Origin: an uncultured Pelagibacteraceae bacterium
Lineage (GTDB): Bacteria > Pseudomonadota > Alphaproteobacteria > Pelagibacterales > AG-422-B15
NCBI GenBank assembly: GCA_902570675.1
Contig: CACFYZ010000001.1
Span: forward strand, 96,409-160,408
Direction of reading: 5' to 3'
Length of the DNA stretch: 64,000 nt
Under the pieces are notes generated by a model. The model did not search any database. It saw only the letters and a list, made by a program, of their open reading frames with translations, and was not told the origin of the DNA. The position numbers and the translations under genes are program-made. Of this stretch, positions 10,660-20,712 are shown one piece after another (within the stretch, counting starts at the first letter, position 1; the number at the start of each line of letters is the position of its first letter).

Positions 10660-11125
10660 ATCGAAATTTTTAGTTATTGTAGATGATTCAGATGAGCTAA
10701 ATGTTGCAATTAGATTTGCCGCAAAGAGAGCTCAAAGTACCAGGGGTGGTGTTATACTCCTTAATATAATCGAACAATTTGACCCGCAACAATGGCAATC
10801 TATTGAGGAAATAATTCTTCAAGAGGCAAGGGACAAGGCACAGGAAAAATTACAAAAATGGTCAAAAGTTATTCATGATTTAACAGATATTGTTCCTGAA
10901 GTAATTGTTAAAGAAGGTATACCAAGTGAAAAAATAATCGAAACGTTAGAGTCTGATAATGCTATTAGGTTTTTAGTTTTAGCTGCCGCTAATAGTGAAC
11001 AGCCAGGTCCGTTAGTTTCACTTTTAGCAGGACAAAAAGCTGGTAAATTACCTGTCCCCCTAGTTATTATTCCACAAGGTCTCACGGATGATTTGATCGA
11101 CGATTTAGCGTCAAGATCAGAATAA
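10649..11125 (+). CDS. Universal stress protein family protein
   Basis: About 158 aa with a UspA-like alpha/beta pattern (LVIVDDSDE...VLAAA...). It lies between trpS and the NifU-like gene and overlaps trpS by 11 nt. Confidence 0.65.
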   Translation: MIHRSKFLVIVDDSDELNVAIRFAAKRAQSTRGGVILLNIIEQFDPQQWQSIEEIILQEARDKAQEKLQKWSKVIHDLTDIVPEVIVKEGIPSEKIIETLESDNAIRFLVLAAANSEQPGPLVSLLAGQKAGKLPVPLVIIPQGLTDDLIDDLASRSE

Positions 11126-11210
11126 AAAAAACAATAGTTTCAGTTACTTATTATAATAATAATTGAAATCTTTAAAATTTAATGAATCTATCTATATAAA
11201 TCTCTTAATT

Positions 11211-11771
11211 ATGTTTATACAAACTGAATCAACGCCAAATCCTAATTCTCTTAAATTCATACTTGAAAATTACAAGCTATGTAACGAGTCAAGGGAATTC
11301 AACAAATTGACAAGTAGTAATTCAAAACTTGCGGAAAAACTTTTTAAAATCGAAGGTGTTGAAAAGATTTTTTTTAATGAAAATATCATTTCCATAAATA
11401 AGAACAAATACAATTGGGATCAATTAAAAGCTTCAATCCTTCAAGTTATCTCTGATTTTATACATTCGGGTCTACCTCCAGTTGGAGATAGCGATCAAGA
11501 AATTAAAAATGATAATGAGATTAAGTTTAACGACATTGACAAAGAAATTGTAAGTAACATAAATACTATTTTAGAAACAAAAGTCAGACCAGCGATTATG
11601 CAAGACGGTGGTGATATAAAATTTAAGAGTTATGATGAGGGTATCGTTTACTTAACACTACAAGGAAGTTGCGCTGGATGTCCTAGTGCTACATTAACAC
11701 TAAAAAATGGAGTTGAAAATTTACTAAAACACCATATACCAGAAATTAAAAAAGTAGAACAAGTTGTATAG
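11211..11771 (+). CDS. NifU/Nfu-type Fe-S cluster scaffold protein (Nfu_N plus NifU C-terminal domain)
   Basis: MFIQTESTPNPNSLKF (Nfu_N start) and GSCAGCPSATLTLKNGVENLL (CxxC). The ATG at 11211 is preferred over the track's TTG at 11163. Confidence 0.85.
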   Translation: MFIQTESTPNPNSLKFILENYKLCNESREFNKLTSSNSKLAEKLFKIEGVEKIFFNENIISINKNKYNWDQLKASILQVISDFIHSGLPPVGDSDQEIKNDNEIKFNDIDKEIVSNINTILETKVRPAIMQDGGDIKFKSYDEGIVYLTLQGSCAGCPSATLTLKNGVENLLKHHIPEIKKVEQVV

Positions 11772-11773
11772 TA

Positions 11774-12736
11774 GTGAGTAAGATTATTAATTTTTTTAAA
11801 AAAAATAATAATATTAACTTGGTGATAAATATATATTACCAAATTTTCTTTTTGATAACGTTTCTCGTGTTACTTTCATTAATTTTTAGCCAAAAAATTT
11901 ATGATCTTGATACTAGTGGAGTATTTTCTGGCAAGGTCTTAAAAATAAAAAAAGAAAGTAACTTATATTCAGTAAAACTTTTAGAGGGCAATTATTCAAA
12001 TAATAATTTTAGTATTAAGAAAATTAGAGAAACTAATTTAGTTCCTAATATCATTATACCAAAACTTCCAAATGATTTAAAAGAAATTAGGTCAACAAAA
12101 AATAGAAAAGAACTTTTTATTAAAATAACTCTGCCAATTATCATCAAAGAAAATGAGAGATTAATTTTTTTAAATAAAAAAATTAGTCGATTAAAAAATC
12201 AATTTAATTCAACTTCTAGAAGTGAAGCTATTTGGCTTAAAAATACAATGAACGCTTATAAGGTAAACACCATTGATAGATTATTAATTAAGGTAGATGC
12301 GGTTCCAGTTTCTATTGCTCTTGCTCAAGCAGCGATAGAGAGTGGTTGGGGAACGTCAAGATTTGCCTTTGAGGGTAATGCTTTATTTGGGCAATATATA
12401 TGGAGCAAATCAGCAAAAGGTATTATTCCTAACGATAGAAACTCAAATGCAACATATAAAATTAAATCATTTGACAGTTTGAGAGACTCTGTTGCTTCTT
12501 ATATGAAAAATTTAAACACAAATTCTCATTATGAAGAATTTAGGCTTCATAGATTCATTATGAAAAATAATAATGTAAAACCTATTGGAAATATGCTTGC
12601 AACGTATTTATATAATTATTCTATTGAAGATGATTATCCCAGCAAAATTCAAGATGTAATTAGAGTTAATAAGTTTGAAGATTTTGAAACTGTCAAAATT
12701 ATAAAAAAACCAATAATTACGTTTGAAACTATTTAA
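11774..12736 (+). CDS. Bax-like protein with a mannosyl-glycoprotein endo-beta-N-acetylglucosaminidase domain
   Basis: AQAAIESGWGTSRFAFEGNALFGQ glucosaminidase signature. N-terminal membrane anchor. GTG start. Confidence 0.75.
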   Translation: MSKIINFFKKNNNINLVINIYYQIFFLITFLVLLSLIFSQKIYDLDTSGVFSGKVLKIKKESNLYSVKLLEGNYSNNNFSIKKIRETNLVPNIIIPKLPNDLKEIRSTKNRKELFIKITLPIIIKENERLIFLNKKISRLKNQFNSTSRSEAIWLKNTMNAYKVNTIDRLLIKVDAVPVSIALAQAAIESGWGTSRFAFEGNALFGQYIWSKSAKGIIPNDRNSNATYKIKSFDSLRDSVASYMKNLNTNSHYEEFRLHRFIMKNNNVKPIGNMLATYLYNYSIEDDYPSKIQDVIRVNKFEDFETVKIIKKPIITFETI

Positions 12737-13775
12737 TTGTAAATTGATATCCAAACCAGTGCCATTTGTCTTCAATTTTGGTTGTACAATTTAGTCGCCC
12801 TCTGCCACTACTATATGCTTCAGCGAGTTGGATTTGAATACGTTTACTTGTTATTTTGTTAATGATTTGTTTGTTCCATTTACCCCCTGGATTTGAAAAA
12901 CAGTTCAAATCGTTATTTTTCAAATCATCAATTATTGTGAATTCTATATTAGGTTTTTTATTTTCAACTAAATACATTTCACTTGGAATAAAATCTTCAA
13001 TCCTTAGAGAATATGCTTTAGCCGCAAAAATAAAACGATCAATTGTACCAAAATTTTCATTTAAAGAAAATCGTGGAAGATAATAATGATTGCTATAACT
13101 TGATGTAACCCCAGAGTGTTGTCCAAAAGAATGGTCTATACCAAATTCCTCTAATACATCAATAACTAGTTTGCTTGTTTCTCCATAGGGATAAGCAAAT
13201 AATTTAGGAATAAATCCTAAGTGCTTAACAAAGCTTTTATGGGATTTTAAAATATCTGATTTAATCGTTTCTTTATCATTTAACGGTAAATGAAGATGAG
13301 TTGATGTATGCTGGCCAACTGTCCCGCCTTCGTTTACAAAACTACTTATTTGATCCCAGCTCATATACCCCTTCATTTGATTGTCTACACTGTCTGTAGA
13401 AACAAATAATGTTACAGGAATATTGTTTTCTTTAAATATAGGCCAAGCAATATCATAAAATGATCTGTACGCATCATCAACTGAAAATGCAATGAATTTC
13501 TCTTCAAAAGTATCATCACTCTTCATAACCTCAATTAATTTTTCTAAACTTATAACCTCAATTTCGTTTGTAATGACAAAGTTGATATGATCTAAAAACT
13601 GTTCCTTTGTCACACTTGTTGACGGGTATTTATTTTCATCAAAACGGTGATACATAAAAGTTGAAACCCCAGGTTCATTATCTGCAAAAACGTTTGAAGA
13701 AAATATATTTACTAAAAAAATAAAAAATAGTAGGAGGAAACGTCTAAAAAAAAATGAAAAATACCTATTCATCAA
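12729..13775 (-). CDS. Polysaccharide deacetylase (NodB-homology) family protein, secreted
   Basis: Signal peptide. NodB-like motifs FSVDDAY and HTSTH. Substrate unknown. Confidence 0.7.
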   Translation of the reverse strand: MMNRYFSFFFRRFLLLFFIFLVNIFSSNVFADNEPGVSTFMYHRFDENKYPSTSVTKEQFLDHINFVITNEIEVISLEKLIEVMKSDDTFEEKFIAFSVDDAYRSFYDIAWPIFKENNIPVTLFVSTDSVDNQMKGYMSWDQISSFVNEGGTVGQHTSTHLHLPLNDKETIKSDILKSHKSFVKHLGFIPKLFAYPYGETSKLVIDVLEEFGIDHSFGQHSGVTSSYSNHYYLPRFSLNENFGTIDRFIFAAKAYSLRIEDFIPSEMYLVENKKPNIEFTIIDDLKNNDLNCFSNPGGKWNKQIINKITSKRIQIQLAEAYSSGRGRLNCTTKIEDKWHWFGYQFTIK

Positions 13776-13813
13776 ACTTTATTTTTAATCTATATGTTTA
13801 AAATATCAATAAT

Positions 13814-14437
13814 ATGTTCTTAATATTAGACTTTACACGCAATATGAATATGGCACTGGTGACTAACAACCAGTTTTTTTATAAAAAAAGATCAGCCCAA
13901 AATCAAATATCTGAATTACTTATCAACGATATAGAAAAATTTATTTTACGTTCAAAAAGAAAACTGGAGGATCTTACTGCAATATATGTGATCACTGGTC
14001 CTGGTAGCTTTACCGGAGTAAGATCAGCTCTAACTTATGCCAAAGTACTAAAACTCACTCTTCAAATAAAAGTCTTTGGTGTATCAAAGTTTGAGATACT
14101 TAATAATATTGCTAAATTAGATAATAGGAAAAATAAATATATTATTATTCAAAATAGAGAAAAAGATTTCTTTATTCAAAATTTTAATTTTAATAATCCC
14201 TCTGGACCTCCACAATTAAGTAACTTTGACCAAGATATTTTAAAATTGAAAAAAGACTCAACAATAATTTGTGATAGTGAAAATTTTAGAGTAAAATTAA
14301 ATAAAATAGGATCTAGCACTACTCAAATAGATGTTAATTATGTGAAATATAATTTAAAGATATTGTCTCGAATATTAATTAATGTAAAAGAGATTAAAAA
14401 TGATCCAAAGCCACTGTATATTTCTAATTATTATTAA
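13814..14437 (+). CDS. tsaB: tRNA threonylcarbamoyladenosine biosynthesis protein TsaB (YeaZ)
   Basis: ITGPGSFTGVRSALTYAK motif and an N-terminal ILDFT start typical of YeaZ. Confidence 0.8.
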   Translation: MFLILDFTRNMNMALVTNNQFFYKKRSAQNQISELLINDIEKFILRSKRKLEDLTAIYVITGPGSFTGVRSALTYAKVLKLTLQIKVFGVSKFEILNNIAKLDNRKNKYIIIQNREKDFFIQNFNFNNPSGPPQLSNFDQDILKLKKDSTIICDSENFRVKLNKIGSSTTQIDVNYVKYNLKILSRILINVKEIKNDPKPLYISNYY

Positions 14438-14445
14438 GTAGTAAT

Positions 14446-14859
14446 ATGGTCGATGTAAAAAAAATGTGCCAAGACAAGGGCCTTAGAATGACTGAGCAAC
14501 GTAACATCATTGCCGATGTTATAAGTCAAATGAGTATAGAGGGTCATCCAGATGTAAACGAAATTTTTCTAAACGCCAACGCAAAAGATAAAAACATAAG
14601 TATTGCTACTGTTTATCGTACGGTGAAGCTATTTGAAGAATATAATGTAATAGAAAAACATGAATTTAAAGACGGAAGATCAAGATATGAAGCAATTGAA
14701 GAACATCATCATGACCATCTTATAGATATTGAGTCAGGAGAGATTCATGAATTTACTAATAATGAAATTGAGTCAATTCAAAAAGCTGTTGCAAAAGAAC
14801 TAGGCTACAATCTTGTTGATCATAGACTCGAATTATACGGTATTAAAATAAAGAAATAA
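14446..14859 (+). CDS. fur: Fur-family metalloregulator (Fur/Mur-type, cysteine-poor, HHHDH motif)
   Basis: Winged helix LRMTEQRNII...SIATVYRTVKLFEE and the EEHHHDHLIDIESGEI metal-site region. Sits in the conserved tsaB-fur-plsC-miaB string. Confidence 0.85.
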   Translation: MVDVKKMCQDKGLRMTEQRNIIADVISQMSIEGHPDVNEIFLNANAKDKNISIATVYRTVKLFEEYNVIEKHEFKDGRSRYEAIEEHHHDHLIDIESGEIHEFTNNEIESIQKAVAKELGYNLVDHRLELYGIKIKK

Positions 14860-14860
14860 A

Positions 14861-15634
14861 ATGTCAGCACTAAGACTAATTCTCATTTTATTTTTACTGA
14901 CAATTTTCATATTTATTTCGATACCTTTACAAATCATCTTTAATATTATTGGATTTAAGTTACGAAGAATATATCCACTATTGTTTTATAGAATAATCAA
15001 ATTTATTACGGGAATTCAAATTAACTTTGATAAGAATTCTTATAACAAAAGAATAAAAGGAACCCTTTTTGTTGCCAATCATGTATCTTGGTTTGATATA
15101 ATATGTCTGGGCACAATACTGAATGCTAGATTCATTGCCAAAAAAGAAGTTTCTGAAATGGGAATATTTGGATTTTTAGCAAAGCTTAGTAATACTTTTT
15201 TTATTGATAATTCTGATAAAAACAAAATTATTGAATACAACAAACTAATTAAAAGTAAATTAGAGAAAGGTGAAAATTTTATAATTTTTCCTGAAGGTAC
15301 AACTTCAGATGGCAATGGTGTAAATCAATTTAAATCATCTATGTTAGAATGCGCATTTAACAATAAAAATGACACCTTTGTGCAACCTATATCCATTTGT
15401 TATTCAAAAAAAAATAATATACCAATGGGTTTATTTTTGAGAAGAAATATAGCATGGGTTGGAGATACGCCCATGGTTGAAGCTATGTGGAACTTTTTAA
15501 GCAGTGGTCCTATCACAGTAGATCTCGTATTTCACCATGTTCTCGATATTAAAAAATTTAATAACAGGAAAGATTTAACTTCATTTTGTGAAGAACAAAT
15601 CCTTCAAGGTCTTAATAAAAAAATAAAAATTTAA
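14861..15634 (+). CDS. plsC: 1-acyl-sn-glycerol-3-phosphate acyltransferase family protein
   Basis: HX4D motif NHVSWFD and the FPEGTTS motif. N-terminal membrane helix. Confidence 0.8.
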   Translation: MSALRLILILFLLTIFIFISIPLQIIFNIIGFKLRRIYPLLFYRIIKFITGIQINFDKNSYNKRIKGTLFVANHVSWFDIICLGTILNARFIAKKEVSEMGIFGFLAKLSNTFFIDNSDKNKIIEYNKLIKSKLEKGENFIIFPEGTTSDGNGVNQFKSSMLECAFNNKNDTFVQPISICYSKKNNIPMGLFLRRNIAWVGDTPMVEAMWNFLSSGPITVDLVFHHVLDIKKFNNRKDLTSFCEEQILQGLNKKIKI

Positions 15635-15639
15635 AAATT

Positions 15640-16947
15640 GTGAAAAATTCTAAATTTTTTATTAAATCGTATGGTTGTCAAATGAATTTCTATGACAGTC
15701 AAAAGATAACCACAATACTTGAGAGCAAAGGTTATCAATTACAAGATAGTGCAGATAATGCTGACTTAGTTGTGTTTAATACATGTAACATAAGAGATAA
15801 AGCAGCTCACAAAGTTTATTCAGATATTGGAAGGATTAATAAATTTGATAATAAAAAAACAATTGCAATAGTTGGCTGTGTTGCTCAGGCGGAAAATAGC
15901 GAAATGTTTAAAAAGAATCATGCAATCGATATAGTACTTGGACCACAAAGTTACCATCTGTTGCCTCAAATGATCAAAGATCTTAATAAAAAATCAAAAT
16001 TAATAAATACAGATTTTATTGTTAATGAAAAATTTGACTACCTATCCGAGCAGCATAGACCTCAGGGTATTTCTTCATATATAACCATTCAAGAAGGATG
16101 CGATAAGTTTTGCTCGTTTTGTGTTGTTCCTTATACTCGTGGACCAGAATATTCAAGATCAATTGAAGCTATATCAAAAGAAGCAGATTTGTTGACAAGT
16201 AAAGGAGCACGAGAAATTGTTTTGCTGGGTCAAAACGTAAATGCTTATCAGGATTTATCTTCGAACAAAGTAAAAAGATTAAGTCATTTAATTGAAAATC
16301 TGAGTCAAAATGAGAATCTCAAACGGATAAGATACACAACCTCACACCCCATTAATATGAATAAAGATTTAATAGATTGTCACGCTGAGAGCTCAAAGCT
16401 TATGCCATTCTTACACTTGCCTGTGCAGTCTGGTTCTTCAATAATTTTAAGAAAAATGAACCGAAAATATGACTCAAATTTTTATAGAGAAATAATTTAT
16501 AAGTTAAAAAAAGCTAAACCTTCAATTCAAATTTCATCTGATTTTATTGTTGGCTACCCAGGTGAAACGGACAAAGATTTTCAAGATACACTTGATTTAG
16601 TTGATGAAATGGAATTTACTCAATCATATTCATTTATTTATAGTTCAAGACCTGGAACTAAAGCTGCATCAGAGACTGATGATACACCTCTTCATGTAAA
16701 AAGAGAGCGCTTAAAGATTCTCCAGGAAAAATTAAAAAATATTCAGCTAAAATTTAATCAAGGGTTCTGCAATAAAAATATTGAAGTATTAATTGAAAAT
16801 AAAAGCGCAAGTAACCCAGAATATTTTTTTGGACGAACACCATATATGCAATCGGTCTATATAAAATCGTCTAATCTCAAAGACGGTGATATTAAAAATG
16901 TAAGTATTTCGACTTGCAACCATAAGAGTTTGTATGGTAGTTGTTAA
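15640..16947 (+). CDS. miaB: tRNA-2-methylthio-N6-dimethylallyladenosine synthase
   Basis: SYGCQMN, radical-SAM motif CDKFCSFC, and a TRAM-like C-terminus. GTG start. Confidence 0.93.
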   Translation: MKNSKFFIKSYGCQMNFYDSQKITTILESKGYQLQDSADNADLVVFNTCNIRDKAAHKVYSDIGRINKFDNKKTIAIVGCVAQAENSEMFKKNHAIDIVLGPQSYHLLPQMIKDLNKKSKLINTDFIVNEKFDYLSEQHRPQGISSYITIQEGCDKFCSFCVVPYTRGPEYSRSIEAISKEADLLTSKGAREIVLLGQNVNAYQDLSSNKVKRLSHLIENLSQNENLKRIRYTTSHPINMNKDLIDCHAESSKLMPFLHLPVQSGSSIILRKMNRKYDSNFYREIIYKLKKAKPSIQISSDFIVGYPGETDKDFQDTLDLVDEMEFTQSYSFIYSSRPGTKAASETDDTPLHVKRERLKILQEKLKNIQLKFNQGFCNKNIEVLIENKSASNPEYFFGRTPYMQSVYIKSSNLKDGDIKNVSISTCNHKSLYGSC

Positions 16948-16966
16948 TTAAGGATATTTACCACTT

Positions 16967-17986
16967 TTGAATAATAAACTTATAAAAAAATCAGTTATAG
17001 ACAATAATCTACAGAAAGATATTACAACAGTTATTAACGTTGGAAATAATGAAGTAGTTGAGATATTTGGTATTAATAATGAAAATATAGACTATTTTCA
17101 AAAACTTCTATCTATCAAAGTTTTTCAAAAAGGTAATCAACTAAGTCTGAAAGGTAGTAGAAAAAATGTAAATATTCTTCGCGATGCAATATCAAAAACA
17201 CTTTATGAGAAAAAAATATATAAAGCTAAAAATATTCACAACCAAATAATGGAGAACTTAAGAATGCAAATTATTAATGAAAAAGAAAAAATTAAAAACA
17301 TTAACGTTACCAAAACACAAAAATTAGATGTTATAGGTAAAAGTAAAATGCAGAATACTTATCTTGATATTTTGCAAAAAAAGCAAATTATATTTGCAGT
17401 TGGACCAGCTGGTACAGGAAAAACATTTTTAGCTGTTGCTGCAGCCGTTTCACAATTACTAGAAAATAAATTTGATAGAATTATTTTATCTAGACCTGCT
17501 GTTGAAGCTGGAGAAAAGCTTGGTTTCTTGCCTGGTGATTTGAAAGATAAAGTTGATCCTTATTTAAGACCTTTATATGATTCGCTTTATGATTTGATGC
17601 CTGCAGATTTGGCAATTAGGAAAATTCAGTCCGCAGAAATTGAAATAGCTCCACTCGCATTTATGAGAGGAAGAACTCTAAACAATGCATTTGTTATTTT
17701 AGATGAAGCTCAAAATGCTACACATAATCAAATTAAGATGTTTCTTACAAGATGTGGAAAGAATTCAAGAATGGTCGTAACTGGAGACCCTTCACAAACT
17801 GACCTTAACAAAAGAAGCGATTCAGGTCTTTTAAAATCAATCCATATTCTTAAGGAGATCGACGATATCGCTGTAATTAATTTTGGTCAAAAGGATATTG
17901 TCAGAGATGAAATGGTGACTAAAATCATAAATGCCTACGACTCATATGACGATCAAATAAAAGATTTATTTGACCAAAAATCCTAA
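16967..17986 (+). CDS. phoH: PhoH-like ATPase (YbeZ)
   Basis: Walker A GPAGTGKTFLAVA and ILDEAQN. miaB-phoH-ybeY-corC-lnt synteny. TTG start is uncertain. Confidence 0.9.
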   Translation: MNNKLIKKSVIDNNLQKDITTVINVGNNEVVEIFGINNENIDYFQKLLSIKVFQKGNQLSLKGSRKNVNILRDAISKTLYEKKIYKAKNIHNQIMENLRMQIINEKEKIKNINVTKTQKLDVIGKSKMQNTYLDILQKKQIIFAVGPAGTGKTFLAVAAAVSQLLENKFDRIILSRPAVEAGEKLGFLPGDLKDKVDPYLRPLYDSLYDLMPADLAIRKIQSAEIEIAPLAFMRGRTLNNAFVILDEAQNATHNQIKMFLTRCGKNSRMVVTGDPSQTDLNKRSDSGLLKSIHILKEIDDIAVINFGQKDIVRDEMVTKIINAYDSYDDQIKDLFDQKS

Positions 17987-17988
17987 AA

Positions 17989-18435
17989 ATGGTTAGCTTA
18001 AGTTATAATGTTGATGATAAAAAATGGCAAGAATCGTTTCCTTTATTCAAAAAATATATTAGTAAATCGGTAATCGAGACAATTAAAACTGTAAAAGTAA
18101 ATTTAAGTGAAAATTCTGAAATAAGTTTCCTTTTAACATCAGATAAAAAAATTCAAAAATTAAATTATAAATATAGAAATAAAAACTTGTCCACAAATGT
18201 ATTATCATTTCCGATGATGAAAAAAATTAATGGAGTAATGTTAATTGGTGATATTGCAATATCTAATGAAAAAATACTCAAGGAGTCAAAAAATTTTAAA
18301 ACAAATAAATATTCTTACTTATCTAAAATAACAGTACATGGTGTTTTACATTTACTTGGATTTGATCATCAAACAGATAATGAATTTCAAATAATGAATA
18401 GATATGAAAAAAATATTTTAAAGAAATTACAATAA
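17989..18435 (+). CDS. ybeY: rRNA maturation endoribonuclease YbeY
   Basis: HGVLHLLGFDH zinc motif. Confidence 0.92.
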   Translation: MVSLSYNVDDKKWQESFPLFKKYISKSVIETIKTVKVNLSENSEISFLLTSDKKIQKLNYKYRNKNLSTNVLSFPMMKKINGVMLIGDIAISNEKILKESKNFKTNKYSYLSKITVHGVLHLLGFDHQTDNEFQIMNRYEKNILKKLQ

Positions 18436-18441
18436 AAAATA

Positions 18442-19281
18442 ATGTTAAAAAAAATATTTAATAAATACATTTCAAAAAAAAACGTAACCAATGGATCATT
18501 AAAAGAAAGTATTGAAACCGTATTAGATTCTCAAGGTAAGGGAACCGATGGTATTTCAAGACAAGAACGATTAATGCTATCTAACATACTGAAAATTGAT
18601 CAAATTAGATCATCAGATATTATGATCCCACGTGCAGACATAGGGGCAGTTGAGGTTAACGATAACTTTAATAAAGTTCTTGAAGTTTTTATTAGAGAAT
18701 CACATTCTAGGGTTCCGATATATGAAAAGAATTTAGATAATATTGTTGGTATGATTCATATTAAGGATCTCGTGAAATACCAGAACAGTGAAAATAATAA
18801 AAGTAATTTTTTAAGTTCAATTAAAAGAGAAATATTAAAAATACCACCATCAATGCCAGCTCTTGATTTACTACTAAAAATGCAAATTACTAGGTTGCAC
18901 ATGGGGGTCGTTATTGACGAATATGGATGCACTGACGGCTTGATTACAATAGAAGATGTTATCGAGGAAATTACAGGAGAAATTGAGGATGAGCATGATG
19001 AAAAAACTCTACCTATGTTAATTAAAACATCATCAAATACCCTTGAAGCAAGCGCCCGAGTTGAAATTAATGAGCTTCAAAAAATAACAAATATAAACTT
19101 TATAGCTGATTTAGAAAATGATGATATCGATACTCTAGGTGGTTTGATATTTTCAATTGCAGGCAGAATCCCCCAAAGAGGTGAAATAATTAAACATCAT
19201 TCAGGAACTAATTTTGAGATTAAGGATGCAGACCCAATGAAAATAAAGTCTGTTAAAGTAGTGATGCCAAAGCTGAAATGA
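18442..19281 (+). CDS. corC: CBS-pair plus CorC/HlyC-domain protein (Mg/Co efflux-associated, TlyC/CorC family)
   Basis: A CBS pair (DIMIPR... VGMIHIKDL...) followed by a CorC_HlyC C-terminal domain. Synteny. Confidence 0.85.
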   Translation: MLKKIFNKYISKKNVTNGSLKESIETVLDSQGKGTDGISRQERLMLSNILKIDQIRSSDIMIPRADIGAVEVNDNFNKVLEVFIRESHSRVPIYEKNLDNIVGMIHIKDLVKYQNSENNKSNFLSSIKREILKIPPSMPALDLLLKMQITRLHMGVVIDEYGCTDGLITIEDVIEEITGEIEDEHDEKTLPMLIKTSSNTLEASARVEINELQKITNINFIADLENDDIDTLGGLIFSIAGRIPQRGEIIKHHSGTNFEIKDADPMKIKSVKVVMPKLK

Positions 19282-20711
19282 GTTTTTCGGATATCAACCC
19301 CCCAAAAAAAAAATATCTTTTTATTATTTCGTTTCTGTTAGGGATTTTACATTCATTAAGCTTTGAGCCTTTCACTGTACCTTTTTTTGCATTAATTATT
19401 ATTGGAATATTTTTTTCTCTAAATGACTATGTCTTCAAAAACTTTGCACGTGTAAGCAGCATTTTTTTTGTAAATGGTATTTTGTTTGGTTTTGGTTTTT
19501 TCATTTCAAGTATGTATTGGGTTTCAAATTCAATATTAGAATTTGATTATAATCTTCGTTATTTAATCCCAATACCACTAATCATACTTCCAATGTTCCT
19601 ATCTCTATTTATTGGCTTAATGCAAATTATCAATTCTTATTTATGGAGTACATCTAACTCAAGGTTATTTATTTTTACATCAACATGGATTATATTTGAA
19701 CTACTAAGAAGTAATTTATTTACTGGATTGCCTTGGAATTTAATTGGGTACAGCTGGTCCTGGTCACTTAATTATTCTCAAGCAGTATCTATTTTTGGAG
19801 TTTATGGTTTAGGTCTAATCACAGTCTTTTGTGCTGGAAGCATATCTTTATTTTTTAATAATATGAGTGAAAAAAAATATATTATCATCCCAGCCTTAAT
19901 CCTTATTATTATAAATGTTTACGGTTATATTAGAATTAATAACTACGAAGAAGTTTATTTAGATCAAACAATTAGAATTATTCATACTCATTACGATCAA
20001 GATAAAAAGTGGCTTAAAGAGTCAATCGATAAAACTGTAGATTTAGGTTCAACAGATCTACTAACTATTTTTCCAGAGTCTTCATTAGGTATTAATCCTA
20101 ATACACCAATCAATTGGATATCAGGTTTCATAAGAAAAAATGAAAACAAATTTTTTAATTCCCTTAAGTATAATGGCTATATTTATGATAAAAAAATTCT
20201 GGTTCCATTTGGAGAATATTTTCCTTTTTCGAATATCTTAGTGAAATATTTTCCAAACAATCCCTTAATTCAAAGCTCTCTAACTAAGGGAAAAAATGAA
20301 CAAGAGTTTCCCTCAAATATAACCCCATTAATTTGCTATGAGGTAATTTTTCCTAGTTTTGTAAGATCCGGTGTTTCAAAAGACACAGTTCTTTTGGTTA
20401 ATATAAGTAATGATGCTTGGTTTGGTAAATTCAGTGGACCAAAACAACATTTTGTACAAGCTTGGTTTAGATCAGTGGAGCTTGGAATTCCGATGGCTAG
20501 GTCATCTAACAGAGGCTATTCAGGATTAATAAATCCTATAGGAAAAGTAATATCTGAAACTTCTTCAGACAAAAATATGTATATAGATGTTGAAATTCCT
20601 CAAAAAATAGAAAGTACGTTTTATCGTAAACATGGTGATTTATTGACGTATTTTTTAATAGTTTTATTTTTTATAATTGGCTATGCTGTTAGAGAAAGCA
20701 AGGACAACTAA
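19278..20711 (+). CDS. lnt: Apolipoprotein N-acyltransferase
   Basis: Multi-TM N-terminal half, then a nitrilase-like domain with CYEVIFP (catalytic Cys). ATGA overlap with corC. Confidence 0.9.
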   Translation: MSFSDINPPKKKYLFIISFLLGILHSLSFEPFTVPFFALIIIGIFFSLNDYVFKNFARVSSIFFVNGILFGFGFFISSMYWVSNSILEFDYNLRYLIPIPLIILPMFLSLFIGLMQIINSYLWSTSNSRLFIFTSTWIIFELLRSNLFTGLPWNLIGYSWSWSLNYSQAVSIFGVYGLGLITVFCAGSISLFFNNMSEKKYIIIPALILIIINVYGYIRINNYEEVYLDQTIRIIHTHYDQDKKWLKESIDKTVDLGSTDLLTIFPESSLGINPNTPINWISGFIRKNENKFFNSLKYNGYIYDKKILVPFGEYFPFSNILVKYFPNNPLIQSSLTKGKNEQEFPSNITPLICYEVIFPSFVRSGVSKDTVLLVNISNDAWFGKFSGPKQHFVQAWFRSVELGIPMARSSNRGYSGLINPIGKVISETSSDKNMYIDVEIPQKIESTFYRKHGDLLTYFLIVLFFIIGYAVRESKDN

Positions 20712-20712
20712 T

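Noticed and set aside
11163-11210. N-terminal extensions offered by the ORF track (TTG at 11163 for the NifU-like gene and 20677 for metK)
   Set aside because: The conserved N-termini begin at the internal ATGs: MFIQTESTPNP at 11211 and [11 protein letters not shown] at 20713. The metK extension also lies inside lnt.
15638-15654. ICE-like sequence TTGTGAAaaaTTCTAAA overlapping the miaB start codon
   Set aside because: It matches 12 of 14 positions, but it sits inside a tightly packed co-directional operon with no promoter space. A near-match like this is plausible by chance in AT-rich DNA.
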